DNA of 64,000 nt. Source: an uncultured Spirochaetota bacterium (GTDB taxonomy: Bacteria; Spirochaetota; Brevinematia; Brevinematales; JAOACQ01). Position 1 is the first letter of the stretch. Each line of letters opens with the position of its first letter. The DNA lies in assembly GCA_963783575.1 (NCBI GenBank), contig CAWAOD010000006.1, forward strand, positions 32,001 to 96,000. The letters run 5' to 3'. Made by a program: the position numbers and the translations under genes. Under the pieces are notes generated by a model. That model saw nothing but the letters and a program-made list of their open reading frames with translations, did no database searches and was not told the origin of the DNA. Positions 10,445-20,789 of the stretch are shown one piece after another.

Positions 10445-12793
10445 ATGATCGTGACTTACAATTGGCTTAAAGAATTCGTTAAATTTGATCTTCCGGTTAG
10501 TGATTTTGCGAATAAATTAACTTCAGTCGGACCTGAAGTTGTTTCAACCAAAAAAACAGGAGTGGATCAGGCAAATATTTCTTTGATATTTCCCGTAAAA
10601 GTAACCTCGATTGAAAAGCATCCGAAAGCTGACTCTTTAAGAATTTGTAAAGTTAACTCCAGCCAGGGAAATTATGAACTGGTTACAAACAGCCTTATAC
10701 TTGAAAAAGGCGACTTTGCGGTATTATCCCTCCCCGGAGCAAGGCTTCCAAATGATATGGAAATTAAGGAAACGTTTATAAAAGGTGAAAAATCCGAAGG
10801 GATGCTCCTGGCAAAAGAGCATTTGAATCTTGAGGAAAAAAGCCAGGATGTCTGGATTCTTGGATGTGATGAAAAGACTGCAAAATCCGAATTTGATGAA
10901 TATACAAAAGAAGATTATATCATAGAAATCGAGCTTACTTCAAACCGCTCGGACTGTTTATCAGTAATAGGCATAGCGCGTGAAGTTGCGGCCATGCTGA
11001 ATAAAGAATTGGCCGTACCTAAAGCAAGCGTTCGTGAAACAACAGATGAAATGCCTGACGTGCAGATCCTGGAAAAAAATCTTTGTCCCCGTTATTCTGC
11101 CAGGATATTAAGAGACATCAAAGTGACGGAATCTCCCGGCTGGATAAAAAGGAGGCTTGAATTGTGCGGGATCAGGCCGATCAATAATATTGTCGACGCG
11201 ACAAACTATGTTCTTCTTGAATACGGACATCCGATGCATGTTTTTGATCTTAGCAGCCTTGACGGCGGACAGATCATCGTTAGAAAAGCGGAAAACAAAG
11301 AGGAATTTAAAACCCTGGACAGCCAGCCCCATGAATTGAATGAAGAAATGCTTGTGATCTGTGATAAGAATAAAGCTGTCGCTTTAGCCGGGATAATGGG
11401 CGGCGAGAATAGCGAAATTCTTGACTCTACAGTTGATATCCTTCTTGAAAGCGCATATTTTGATCCAGTCTCAATCAGGGCAACTTCAAAAAAACTTGGA
11501 ATCAAGACTGAATCTTCTTACAGATTCGAAAGGAACGCCGACTGGGGTGTAACAACAGGAGCTATAGAAAGAGCAACGGAGATCATTCTTTTAACTTGCG
11601 AACCGAAAATATCAAAAATCAGGGATGAATATGTTAATATTTTCAAGGACAAGATAATAAATGTTAAAGAGGATTATATTTCATTAAAATTAGGCATCGA
11701 GCTTTCGATCAAAGAGATTGAAGCCATACTTAAAAGGCTGAAGTTCGCGATTGTCGCCAAGCGTGAGGATACCATCGAGGTAAAAGTACCGACTTTCCGT
11801 TCCGATATTTCCAAAACTATCGATATAGTTGAAGAAGTTGCCAGGATTTACGGATATAACAGCATTCCTCAGAATCAGTTCAAACCGCCGGTGGATGTCG
11901 AAAGCCTGCGGCCAAGGAAGGATCTGAAAGATAAACTGCGGGGATTATTATCCGGCCAGGGTTTTACCGAAGCATACAATTTTAGTTTTACCAATGAACT
12001 TGAAATGAAAAAATTTATGGTTATGGACAATAGTACGCTTAAGCTTCAAAATCCTCTTACACAGGATGCTACATTAATGAGGAATTATCTTTTTTTCGGG
12101 CTCCTAAAAAATATTGAATTCAATATTAAAAATGCATACAGGGACGAAGCCAGGTTTTACGAAATTGGCAGGACATTTATAAAAGACAGTAAAAATTATC
12201 TTGAAAAGCAGAAATTGGCCTTTGTAATTTATGGAAATGGATACGACTATTATACGGCTTCAGGAATAATTGAGTGGATACTTAAAAAGATCGGAAATAA
12301 GCCAATAAGCTTCGCTGCCTGTGGTCTGCCATTCCTCCATCCCGTCAATTCTGCGATCATATTGTACAATGGTAAAAATATCGGATTTGCGGGTGAAATA
12401 TTCCCGGATATTTCAGAAAAACTTGATTTCAAGCACCCCGCGTTTGCTGCGGAGATTGAAATTTCATCTTTAAATGAAATTCTGAATGAAACATTCGAAC
12501 TGAAAACCATAGGCAAATTTCCTCCTACAACAAGAGACCTTTCAATAGTTGTAGATCTTTCGGTACTAGCAAGGGACATTATGAAGGATATTGAACATTT
12601 CCATGAACGGATATCGAATGTTGAATTTATCGATATTTTCAAGGGCTTGCAGATCGGTGCCAATAAAAAAAGTTTAACTTATTCAATAACTTTCCAGAGC
12701 ATGGAAAAAACCCTTACCGATAAGGAAGTCAACGATATAATGGACCTGCTTATTGAACAAATAAAGAGGAATTTCAATGCTGAGCTGAGATAA
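10445..12793 (+). CDS. pheT: Phenylalanine-tRNA ligase beta subunit
   Basis: NRSDCLS, INNIVDATNY, SYRFER, EEVARIYGY, C-terminal anticodon-binding domain. Confidence 0.97.
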   Translation: MIVTYNWLKEFVKFDLPVSDFANKLTSVGPEVVSTKKTGVDQANISLIFPVKVTSIEKHPKADSLRICKVNSSQGNYELVTNSLILEKGDFAVLSLPGARLPNDMEIKETFIKGEKSEGMLLAKEHLNLEEKSQDVWILGCDEKTAKSEFDEYTKEDYIIEIELTSNRSDCLSVIGIAREVAAMLNKELAVPKASVRETTDEMPDVQILEKNLCPRYSARILRDIKVTESPGWIKRRLELCGIRPINNIVDATNYVLLEYGHPMHVFDLSSLDGGQIIVRKAENKEEFKTLDSQPHELNEEMLVICDKNKAVALAGIMGGENSEILDSTVDILLESAYFDPVSIRATSKKLGIKTESSYRFERNADWGVTTGAIERATEIILLTCEPKISKIRDEYVNIFKDKIINVKEDYISLKLGIELSIKEIEAILKRLKFAIVAKREDTIEVKVPTFRSDISKTIDIVEEVARIYGYNSIPQNQFKPPVDVESLRPRKDLKDKLRGLLSGQGFTEAYNFSFTNELEMKKFMVMDNSTLKLQNPLTQDATLMRNYLFFGLLKNIEFNIKNAYRDEARFYEIGRTFIKDSKNYLEKQKLAFVIYGNGYDYYTASGIIEWILKKIGNKPISFAACGLPFLHPVNSAIILYNGKNIGFAGEIFPDISEKLDFKHPAFAAEIEISSLNEILNETFELKTIGKFPPTTRDLSIVVDLSVLARDIMKDIEHFHERISNVEFIDIFKGLQIGANKKSLTYSITFQSMEKTLTDKEVNDIMDLLIEQIKRNFNAELR

Positions 12794-13188
12794 GATTTAA
12801 ATAAAGTTAATATTACATTTAAATGAATACTGTAATTTTTAATAAAAAGACCGCCTTTTATATTTTGAACGGCAAAGTTATTCACTGATTTTACCCAGTT
12901 AAGGTAGAGCCCGATTTATTTCTGGTAAAATTCTTGAAACTTTTTATTGCTTTTAATGCAATCAAATCTCCTCATTCACTATTTCTTGATTTTGCTGTGG
13001 TTTTTTCTTAATATTTTGTATAGGTATTTCTAAAATTTCAATTTTATAGTATGTTTAAATATTAATGAAGTTTTTATCTTTCTTTTATAAACACATACAA
13101 AATACTTAAAATTCTTTTTAAAGAAATTGGTTATAATGAGATCCCTGAACTGCCAATATATAATTTTTGTTTTTTATTGAAGGAAATA

Positions 13189-14441
13189 ATGGATATAATC
13201 TCAATTATTGCAATTGCAGTTTTTCTAAGCTGTTTGATTCTTGGGTTTTATGTTCTTTTTCAGGATTCAAAAAATACCATAAATATACTTTTTTTCCTGA
13301 TTTGTGTTTCTATATCATTTTGGAACTTATGCACAATTTATGGTTATCATGCGGTATCAAAACAATATGTCGAATTCTGGCTCAAAATCGGCGCCTGTTG
13401 TGTTATCCCGTTTTTTGCCCTGGGTTTGCATTTCTGCTACTTTTTAACTCAAAAAAGAAAATTGAAAATCCATAAATTGATCTTCATTTATCTGCCGGCA
13501 TTATTAATCCTAGTTACAATTATAAACCGTTATTCACTATTTTTTTATTATATCCCTGTTAATGGCCGATGGAAATTTACCCCGGCATTTCAGAGCATAT
13601 TCTTTTATTTTATGATGGCATATACGGTCATTTACAGCTTAATATCGATGTCTCTTGTTTTGATATACGGAAAGAATGCCACCCTCAGGAAAGAAAGGAA
13701 ACAAGCGCTGTGGCTCACTCTGACAGTCGCAGCTATGATCATTATCGGCACATCCAGCAGATATTTATTGCCGTTTTTTCATATCGACCAGGTACCCGAT
13801 ATCGGTGCTACATTTTTCATAATATTTGTTTTCGGTCTATATTATTCCATCTTTCATTATAAATTCCTGATAATAAAACCTTCCATTATTGCAGATGAAA
13901 TTATCTCGAATATAAGCGATATGGTTTGTTGCTGGGCCCTGATTTCAGGATAATTTCGGCTAATAAAAATAGTATGGAACTTTTAAAATTAAACCCGGAA
14001 GGACTAAAAGGAATATACTTTACAAAACTTACTGAATCAGAACAAAGCTTGAATGAGAATTTCAACAGACTTATTGACGGTACATTAAATAAAATGAATT
14101 GCCGGATTATTTATAAAAATAGCCCGGAAAACATTATTACAGATTCCTACCTTTCGAGAGTGACCGATAAATTTTCCGATCTTGCCGGCTTTCTTGTCAT
14201 TTCGAAAGAAAATAAAGGGAAAAAACAGCTTCGCACGGTTTATAAAATAACGGACCGTGAGTTTAATATTATAGATTACATTATATCCGGCATGACTTAT
14301 AAGCAAATTGCCGAAAAGCTTTCATTAAGTGAAAAGACTGTTGAATCCCATCTTTCAAATATTTACAATAAAATAGGGATTAATAATAAAATAGAGTTAA
14401 TAAACATAGCTTATGATTTTAATCTACTCATACGAAAATAA
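13189..14441 (+). CDS. 7TM sensor (HisKA_7TM-like) + PAS + LuxR HTH one-component regulator, split by frameshift near 13926
   Basis: About 7 hydrophobic segments, then a PAS-like region and ITDRE..YKQIAEKLSLSEKTVESHLSNIYNK; the two ORFs join with 1 nt added in the T run. Confidence 0.8.
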
Positions 14442-14521
14442 ATTCTTCTATCTGCAAAAAATCCAACCGCGCATTATTAAATCAAATATAGAGATATTTC
14501 TTTATTAATGAAGCTTATCTA

Positions 14522-14533
14522 AGGGTTTTCCCT
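14522..14533. promoter_or_regulatory. Candidate operator AGGG-TTTT-CCCT
   Basis: Short inverted repeat between the LuxR gene and the downstream lipoprotein. Confidence 0.35.
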
Positions 14534-14645
14534 GATGACAAATTAATTCGATTGTGCTATTATAAAAATAGAACTTCTGCATTAAATGTTAATAATTTTA
14601 TCCTTTTCTGCTGGAGTTTTGTTAAAAATATCAAAGGAGTTGAAA

Positions 14646-16348
14646 ATGAAAACATTAATTACTCTTTTAAATATTTTATTGCTTGCAATAGTTATTAGCT
14701 GCTCAAGCCAACCGGGAACATCCGGCGGTTCGTCCGGAGGTGGTAACAACGCTTCCTCCTTAAGCAGCCAAAACCCGGAAGTTCAAGCATGGGAAGCACA
14801 GGCATCCTCCCAATCATCCGGAAGTTCAAGTTCTGTTTCAAGCAGCACTTCATCCGGCTCCGGTCTTTCAGGCAGTATTATTTATGTTGCCAAAACAGGC
14901 GACGATAATAACCCGGGAACAAAAACAAGCCCGATGAAAACAATCCAGGAAGCAATAAATAAAGCTGCAGCATCAGGTTTTACCGGAATATATGCCGCGA
15001 CAGGAGTTTATAAAAACGGAGACGGCCTTCTGGATGACGGGCAGAATGGCATGACAATAACCAATAACAATCTTCAAATTATTGGCGGTTGGAATAACAC
15101 ATTTACTTCTCAAACCGGATATAGCGAACTGGACGGGCAGAAAAGCATGTTCATGTAATTTATGCAAACGGCGTCACCAACATTACTCTTAACGGTTTTG
15201 TCATCCGGGGCGGTGATGCTGAAGGCATTGAAAAATCCGGCGGAGGAATAAGGCTTGACATGGTTTCGTATAGCATACTATCAAATCTAATCGTCAGCAA
15301 TAATATTGCAGAAATGAGTGGTGGAGGGATTCTTCTTTATTATAAATGCCGCAATAATTATATAAACTGTTATTTATTCAATAATACCGTTTCCGCCGTT
15401 TCCATTTCAAACAGCTTCAATAATATATTAAACTGCCGGGTTATCAGTAATGTTGCAGGAGTTTACCTTGACCACAGCACCAATAATAATATAACAGGTA
15501 CTATTTCCTCCAATTTAAATACCGGAGTCTGGCTGCAATGCAGTCATGGAAACAGTATTAATGCGGATATCCAAAATAATAATATGTACGCAATATATAT
15601 GACAAATAGTTTCAGCAATACAATCCAGGGCTCGATTCAGAGTAATTGGTCAGGAATAAGAATAGAGATCGGGGAATATAATGTCATCAATGCTCTGGTT
15701 TCATATAACAGCGACCCGGGAGTTTATCTTTTAAATGCCTCTAACAACACAATATCCGGTACTATAAGTTATAATTCAAATTCATCCTATATTTACAGCT
15801 GGTATTCACCAGACGGGGGAGGAGTTTCTATCGGTGGATCTTCCACCAGTAATCTGATTAATGGAATTATTAATGGAAATAAAGCGCGAAAAGGAGCCGG
15901 GATTTATTCCGATGGAAATCTGTTCAATACAATCAGCGCAGTGATAATAAATAATATTGGGGTTGATGATTATAGCCCAACACTTTATTTCTCTCCGGGA
16001 AACTATGCCCAGGTCATTAATTCGGTTATCACAAATAATTACTCTTCATCAGGGAATAAATATTATTCCATTTCTTTCGAATTAGGAGGCGGCAATTCAG
16101 GAGATATAATCCTTTCAAATAATATCATAGGTGGAAAAATCGGTTCATTAGCGACGGGAATTTGTATTTTTGATAATAGTCCTTTTGGTAATTTTTTAAA
16201 AGTGCTGATGAACAATATATTCCTGACCAATAGTCTATCTAATTTATTTGAACTTACTATGTATGGCGGCGGTACCAATGACATCAATGTTTTGAATAGT
16301 ACAAATTTTACCAGGGCTGAGTTTGTTGGGGGAAATACAATTCAGTAA
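14646..16348 (+). CDS. Lipoprotein: Ser-rich linker, DUF1565-like cap, right-handed beta-helix; frameshift near 15152
   Basis: Lipobox VISC; IYVAKTGDDNNPGT..PMKTIQEA; the shifted frame continues HVIYANGVTNITLNGF, matching the paralog at 35231. Confidence 0.8.
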
Positions 16349-16460
16349 AACTAAAATCCTAATAATTATCCCGGTAGTCCCGTAATCATACGTAGTGAAA
16401 TATCGAACGCTGCTGAGCTTATTCAGGGGTAAGGCCGGAAGGTTTTCAATAATTATACAA

Positions 16461-16500
16461 TAAATAAGGTCGCCCATTGTATTATGAGTGGCCTTATTTA
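16461..16500. terminator. Probable bidirectional intrinsic terminator
   Basis: TAAATAAGGTCGCCCAT / ATGAGTGGCCTTATTTA stem between convergent genes. Confidence 0.6.
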
Positions 16501-16521
16501 GTTAACTGAGCATCATGCTCA

Positions 16522-17622
16522 TTAATCTTCGCCTCTCCCTTTAAGGCCCTTTGTTTCACTTGTAATTTTTCTTTCCGGTTCCCTTGGCCTCAGACTCCTT
16601 ACGGCAGCGCCAGCCTTCCACATTTCGGAATTCTTTATTATCAATAATTCGGAATTAAGCTTTGACTGATAATCCGGTTTACTGCATTCGGCTATTACCC
16701 TGCGTGTTTCAGTCCCATCCTTTACTCTCTTATAAAGTTCTTTAAATGAAGGAAGAACGGCTTCTTTAAACTTCGGCTTCCAGTCCAGAGCGCCTCTCTG
16801 AGCGGTCGCAGAGCAGTTGGAATACATCCAGTCCATGCCATTTTCATCAACAAGCCTGATCAGACTCTGGGTTAATTCCTCAACCGTTTCATTGAAAGCC
16901 TCACTTGGAGTATGCCCGTTTTCTCTTAAAACTTCATACTGAGCTTCCATTATTCCGGCCAAGGCACCCATCAATACACCTCGTTCACCTGTCAGGTCAC
17001 TGTAAACTTCCTGTTCGAACGTTGTCGGAAAGAGATAACCTGAGCCGACACCGATCCCGATTGCAAGAGTTCTATCTTTTGCCTTTTTTGTCGCATCCTG
17101 AAAAACCGCATAACTGGAATTGATTCCCGCGCCGGAAAGAAAATTCCTTCTTACGGAAGTGCCCGAACCTTTCGGAGCAACCATTATAACATCAACAAAG
17201 TCAGGCGGGATAACTTCTGTTTGATCCTTGTAAACAATAGAAAATCCATGTGAAAAATAAAGGGCATCTCCTTTCTTCAGGTTTTTTTTAACCATAGGCC
17301 AAATAGCCCTCTGAGCTGCATCGGTTACCAGCATCATAATGATGGTCCCTTTTTTTGTCGCTTCTTCTAGTTCAAAAAGGTCTTTTCCGGGAACCCAACC
17401 GTCATTTAAGGCTCTTTCCCAGTCCTTCTTAAACTGCTTGGATTGTCCCACAATCACCTTAAAACCGTTATCTTTTAAATTTAATGCCTGCGCAGGCCCT
17501 TGAACGCCATAACCCAGAACCGCGAATACCTCGTCTTTCAAAACTTCACGGGCTTTTGCGAGCGGGAATTCCTCTCGTGTGATTACAGTTTCAACTACAC
17601 CGCCGAAATCGATTTTTGCCAT
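16522..17622 (-). CDS. ilvC: Ketol-acid reductoisomerase
   Basis: GYGVQG, FSHGF, VAPKGSG, SDLTGERGVLMG, EAFNETVEE. Confidence 0.96.
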   Translation of the reverse strand: MAKIDFGGVVETVITREEFPLAKAREVLKDEVFAVLGYGVQGPAQALNLKDNGFKVIVGQSKQFKKDWERALNDGWVPGKDLFELEEATKKGTIIMMLVTDAAQRAIWPMVKKNLKKGDALYFSHGFSIVYKDQTEVIPPDFVDVIMVAPKGSGTSVRRNFLSGAGINSSYAVFQDATKKAKDRTLAIGIGVGSGYLFPTTFEQEVYSDLTGERGVLMGALAGIMEAQYEVLRENGHTPSEAFNETVEELTQSLIRLVDENGMDWMYSNCSATAQRGALDWKPKFKEAVLPSFKELYKRVKDGTETRRVIAECSKPDYQSKLNSELLIIKNSEMWKAGAAVRSLRPREPERKITSETKGLKGRGED

Positions 17623-17825
17623 AGCAACCTCCATTATTTTTTAATAAAATATAATTATTTATGGCTTTCATTATATTATTTATTACCTTAAAAATCAAAT
17701 AATCCGGTAAAAATCAATAAATATAAGGTTTATCAAAAACATTATGCTTGCATTTTTCAAGTAGATATTTTAAATTATAGATGAAGAAAATACATGTTAT
17801 TAATTGTTACGCAAAGGAGGAATTT

Positions 17826-18803
17826 ATGTATCCAATTAAACTCGGAATAATCGGCTGCGGAATAGCCGCGCGGGATTTGCACTGGCCGGCTTTGAAAGAA
17901 TTAAAGGATAAGTACGAAATAACCATGGTCTGTAACCATACTGAAGATAAGGCTAAGAGTTTTGCGGAAGTTACCGGTGGGGTCCCTTATGTTATGGACT
18001 ATCATGAACTATTAAAAAACCCCGATATTGAAGCGGTGGATATTGCCCTGCCGATTGAGCTTAATTATCTGGTTTCAGCAGATTCTTTAGCTGCAGGGAA
18101 GCATGTTATAACGGAAAAGCCACTTGCCTCAAGCCTGTCCGAAGGAAGGAAAATGGTGGAATTGGCCGGTAAATATCCTCTTGTTACTATGGTTGCCGAG
18201 CATTTCCGCTACAAGGAGGCCTTTCAAAGGGTTAAGACGGTCATCGAAGAAGGTGTTATCGGGGATGTAATGACGGTTTTCTGGAATAGTTTTGACAGGG
18301 TTCACCCGGATAACAACAAATACGCCCGTACAAAATGGAGGATTCATCATAAATACCCTGGTGGATTTCCTGTGGATGGAGGCGTACATAATATAGCCGC
18401 ACTCAGGGACATCTTCGGTGAAATAACAGGAACCGGGTCTTTTTCAAAAAGTTTCAATCCCGAAATCGGAGAGATAGATTCTTTGAGTTTTCAATTTAAA
18501 ACTGAGAAAAATATAAGTGGCGTTTTCAACAGTTTTTTTAGTGTGAATGGCTTTAATGAAAACCGGCTGATAATTCTCGGAACAAACGGTAGCTTGATTC
18601 TCGATGATGAAGACTTAACTGTAAATAACGGCAGCAATATAATTTTAAAGGAGAATTTTAAGCATAGCCTTGGATTTAAAGAAGAATTTGAGGATTTTTA
18701 TGAAGCTGTCAGGAATGGAAAGCATGTAAAAAGCTCTTTTTTTGAGGCTTACAGCGATTTGAAAGGTATTTTGGATGCCGTTTCTCTGGGTTCGGGCAGT
18801 TAA
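17826..18803 (+). CDS. Gfo/Idh/MocA oxidoreductase
   Basis: LGIIGCG, AGKHVITEKP, DGGVH; AAGGAGG RBS before 17826. Confidence 0.9.
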   Translation: MYPIKLGIIGCGIAARDLHWPALKELKDKYEITMVCNHTEDKAKSFAEVTGGVPYVMDYHELLKNPDIEAVDIALPIELNYLVSADSLAAGKHVITEKPLASSLSEGRKMVELAGKYPLVTMVAEHFRYKEAFQRVKTVIEEGVIGDVMTVFWNSFDRVHPDNNKYARTKWRIHHKYPGGFPVDGGVHNIAALRDIFGEITGTGSFSKSFNPEIGEIDSLSFQFKTEKNISGVFNSFFSVNGFNENRLIILGTNGSLILDDEDLTVNNGSNIILKENFKHSLGFKEEFEDFYEAVRNGKHVKSSFFEAYSDLKGILDAVSLGSGS

Positions 18804-18840
18804 AACCGCTTTCATTTATTAAAAAAAGAGGGTTATTAAT

Positions 18841-19848
18841 ATGAATAAGTATCCGGAGCGGAGTTTTATTTCTTTGGGTTATTTACTTATAATAATATTA
18901 TTATCAGGCTGTGCGGCAATAAAAAAAGAAAGTATTCTTGATAAACTTGCGGATATGCCTGCTAGGAAATTTGAAAATTATTTATTCGATCCTGAATCGG
19001 CACTGATTTCAAGGATTACCGGGACGCCGGGTTTTGCTCTTGATTATATGCGCGATATGGACGGCCGTAAAGATTATTCGGATTATAAACCGGATTCAAA
19101 TGATTTGAGGATTATAAGCGAAGGTTTTGAAATTCTGCCTCCTCTTACACAAAAAGTATTAAAAGAAAGGCTTATTGGAATTTATTTTATAAATAACTTG
19201 CTTGGCAGCGGACTGACAGATTTTGTATGGGACAAAAACAGGAAAATCTATGTTATAATGTTTTTCAACAGCAGGGTCTTCGGTAAAAATATTTCGGACT
19301 GGCTAACTTATAAGGAAAACACCTGTTTTAGAAATGATAACGGGAATTTCAAAGTCGTAATTGACTGCGGAACTAATTTGAACGGATTTAATTATATCCT
19401 GATTCATGAATCAACCCATTGTGTAGATTATGTCAATTCAGTCACCCCTTTTGTCGAGCCTGATTTAATGTCTCTTAAAAAAACAAACCGGTCTGGTTTT
19501 ACCGATAATATATGGCGGGATTATTATCATCCGGTAAAAGAATTCGATTTTATATACAGAAAAGATATAACTTTCTACGGGATTAACAAAGGCCCGAGGA
19601 TTGATATTTCTAATGTTATGGATGTTTACTCCGAATTGATGAACAGCCCGTTTCCTTCACTTTACGCCTCGCAGACATGGGCCGAGGACTTCGCGGAAAC
19701 GGTTACGTTCTATCATTTGACCTGTATTCTAAAGCAGCCATACAAGATCAGGATTTTCTGGGGCGAATCCCTGGTATCGGAATATGAGCCTATGAAATCG
19801 CAGAAAGTTATGCAGAGGTTTGATAATATAAAAATGTTTTATGAATAA
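18841..19848 (+). CDS. Lipoprotein, putative zincin metallopeptidase
   Basis: Lipobox LSGC; HESTH (HExxH) and distal EDFAE. Confidence 0.6.
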   Translation: MNKYPERSFISLGYLLIIILLSGCAAIKKESILDKLADMPARKFENYLFDPESALISRITGTPGFALDYMRDMDGRKDYSDYKPDSNDLRIISEGFEILPPLTQKVLKERLIGIYFINNLLGSGLTDFVWDKNRKIYVIMFFNSRVFGKNISDWLTYKENTCFRNDNGNFKVVIDCGTNLNGFNYILIHESTHCVDYVNSVTPFVEPDLMSLKKTNRSGFTDNIWRDYYHPVKEFDFIYRKDITFYGINKGPRIDISNVMDVYSELMNSPFPSLYASQTWAEDFAETVTFYHLTCILKQPYKIRIFWGESLVSEYEPMKSQKVMQRFDNIKMFYE

Positions 19849-20371
19849 AATTCTAAGAGGGAAAAATATGCGTAAATTTATTTCTTGTGTGTTAACAGTA
19901 ATATTTTACTGCGTTGTGAATAGCTATTCTCAACCGGCAAATAATTACAGCATCGTTATTGTAAAAAATGAATTCAGCCTCAATCTTTACAGAGGAACAA
20001 ATCTTGTTAAAACTTTTCCTGTCGCGATAGGTAAAAATCCCGGCGACAAAATAAAATTCGGTGACTATAGGACGCCTGAGGGGGATTTTTATATCGTCAA
20101 TATTGAAAAATCAGCCAATTGGGAGCATGATTTCGGTGATGGTAAAGGCCCGATAAAAGGTGCATACGGCCCATGGTTTTTAAGGCTTTACACCGGTAAA
20201 GACAGAACAAAATCCGGTAAAACCTGGAAAGGCATCGGAATTCATGGCACACATGACCCTGCCTCTATAGGCACATTGGCTTCGGAAGGATGCATCCGTA
20301 TGCATAATGAGGATATTGCCGAACTGAAAAGCCTTGTAAAAATCGGCACACCGGTAAAAATTATAAGGTAG
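19841..20371 (+). CDS. L,D-transpeptidase (YkuD family)
   Basis: GDYRTPEG; GIHGT...SEGCIRM; signal peptide from ATG 19868. Confidence 0.92.
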   Translation: MNKILRGKNMRKFISCVLTVIFYCVVNSYSQPANNYSIVIVKNEFSLNLYRGTNLVKTFPVAIGKNPGDKIKFGDYRTPEGDFYIVNIEKSANWEHDFGDGKGPIKGAYGPWFLRLYTGKDRTKSGKTWKGIGIHGTHDPASIGTLASEGCIRMHNEDIAELKSLVKIGTPVKIIR

Positions 20372-20741
20372 ACGGCTTATCCAGAATTGAAAGAATCATT
20401 GAATCTATATTCTCAACAAGCAGCGGTTTTGTCAGAAAACCTGCGATTTTTAACTGCTTTGTCTCCTCGATCAATTCTTCGGAAGAATAGCCTGTCATAA
20501 ATACTATGGGAATTTCGTACCTGGAAAGAATTTTCATTGCTGACTCGATTCCATTCATAAAACCTGCCAGTCTTATATCCATAAAAATAATATCCGGATT
20601 TATTTCATCGGTTTTTTGAATTGCTGATTCGCCCGTAGATACAGAAACTGCATTGAATCCATTGCTTTTTAAATGTTCGCAGATCATCATTGAAGTAAAA
20701 ACTTCGTCTTCAACAATTAATACTTTAATATCATCTTTCAT
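20361..20741 (-). CDS. Single-domain response regulator
   Basis: VEDE, MDIRL, MTGY, TKP. Confidence 0.92.
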   Translation of the reverse strand: MKDDIKVLIVEDEVFTSMMICEHLKSNGFNAVSVSTGESAIQKTDEINPDIIFMDIRLAGFMNGIESAMKILSRYEIPIVFMTGYSSEELIEETKQLKIAGFLTKPLLVENIDSMILSILDKPSTL

Positions 20742-20789
20742 AAGACCTTCATTGAATTTTAAATAAAATAAAAAATCGTATCTTGAGAT

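Noticed and set aside
16349..16460. Structured ncRNA downstream of the beta-helix gene
   Set aside because: Slightly GC-rich but no recognisable family motif; needs an Rfam search
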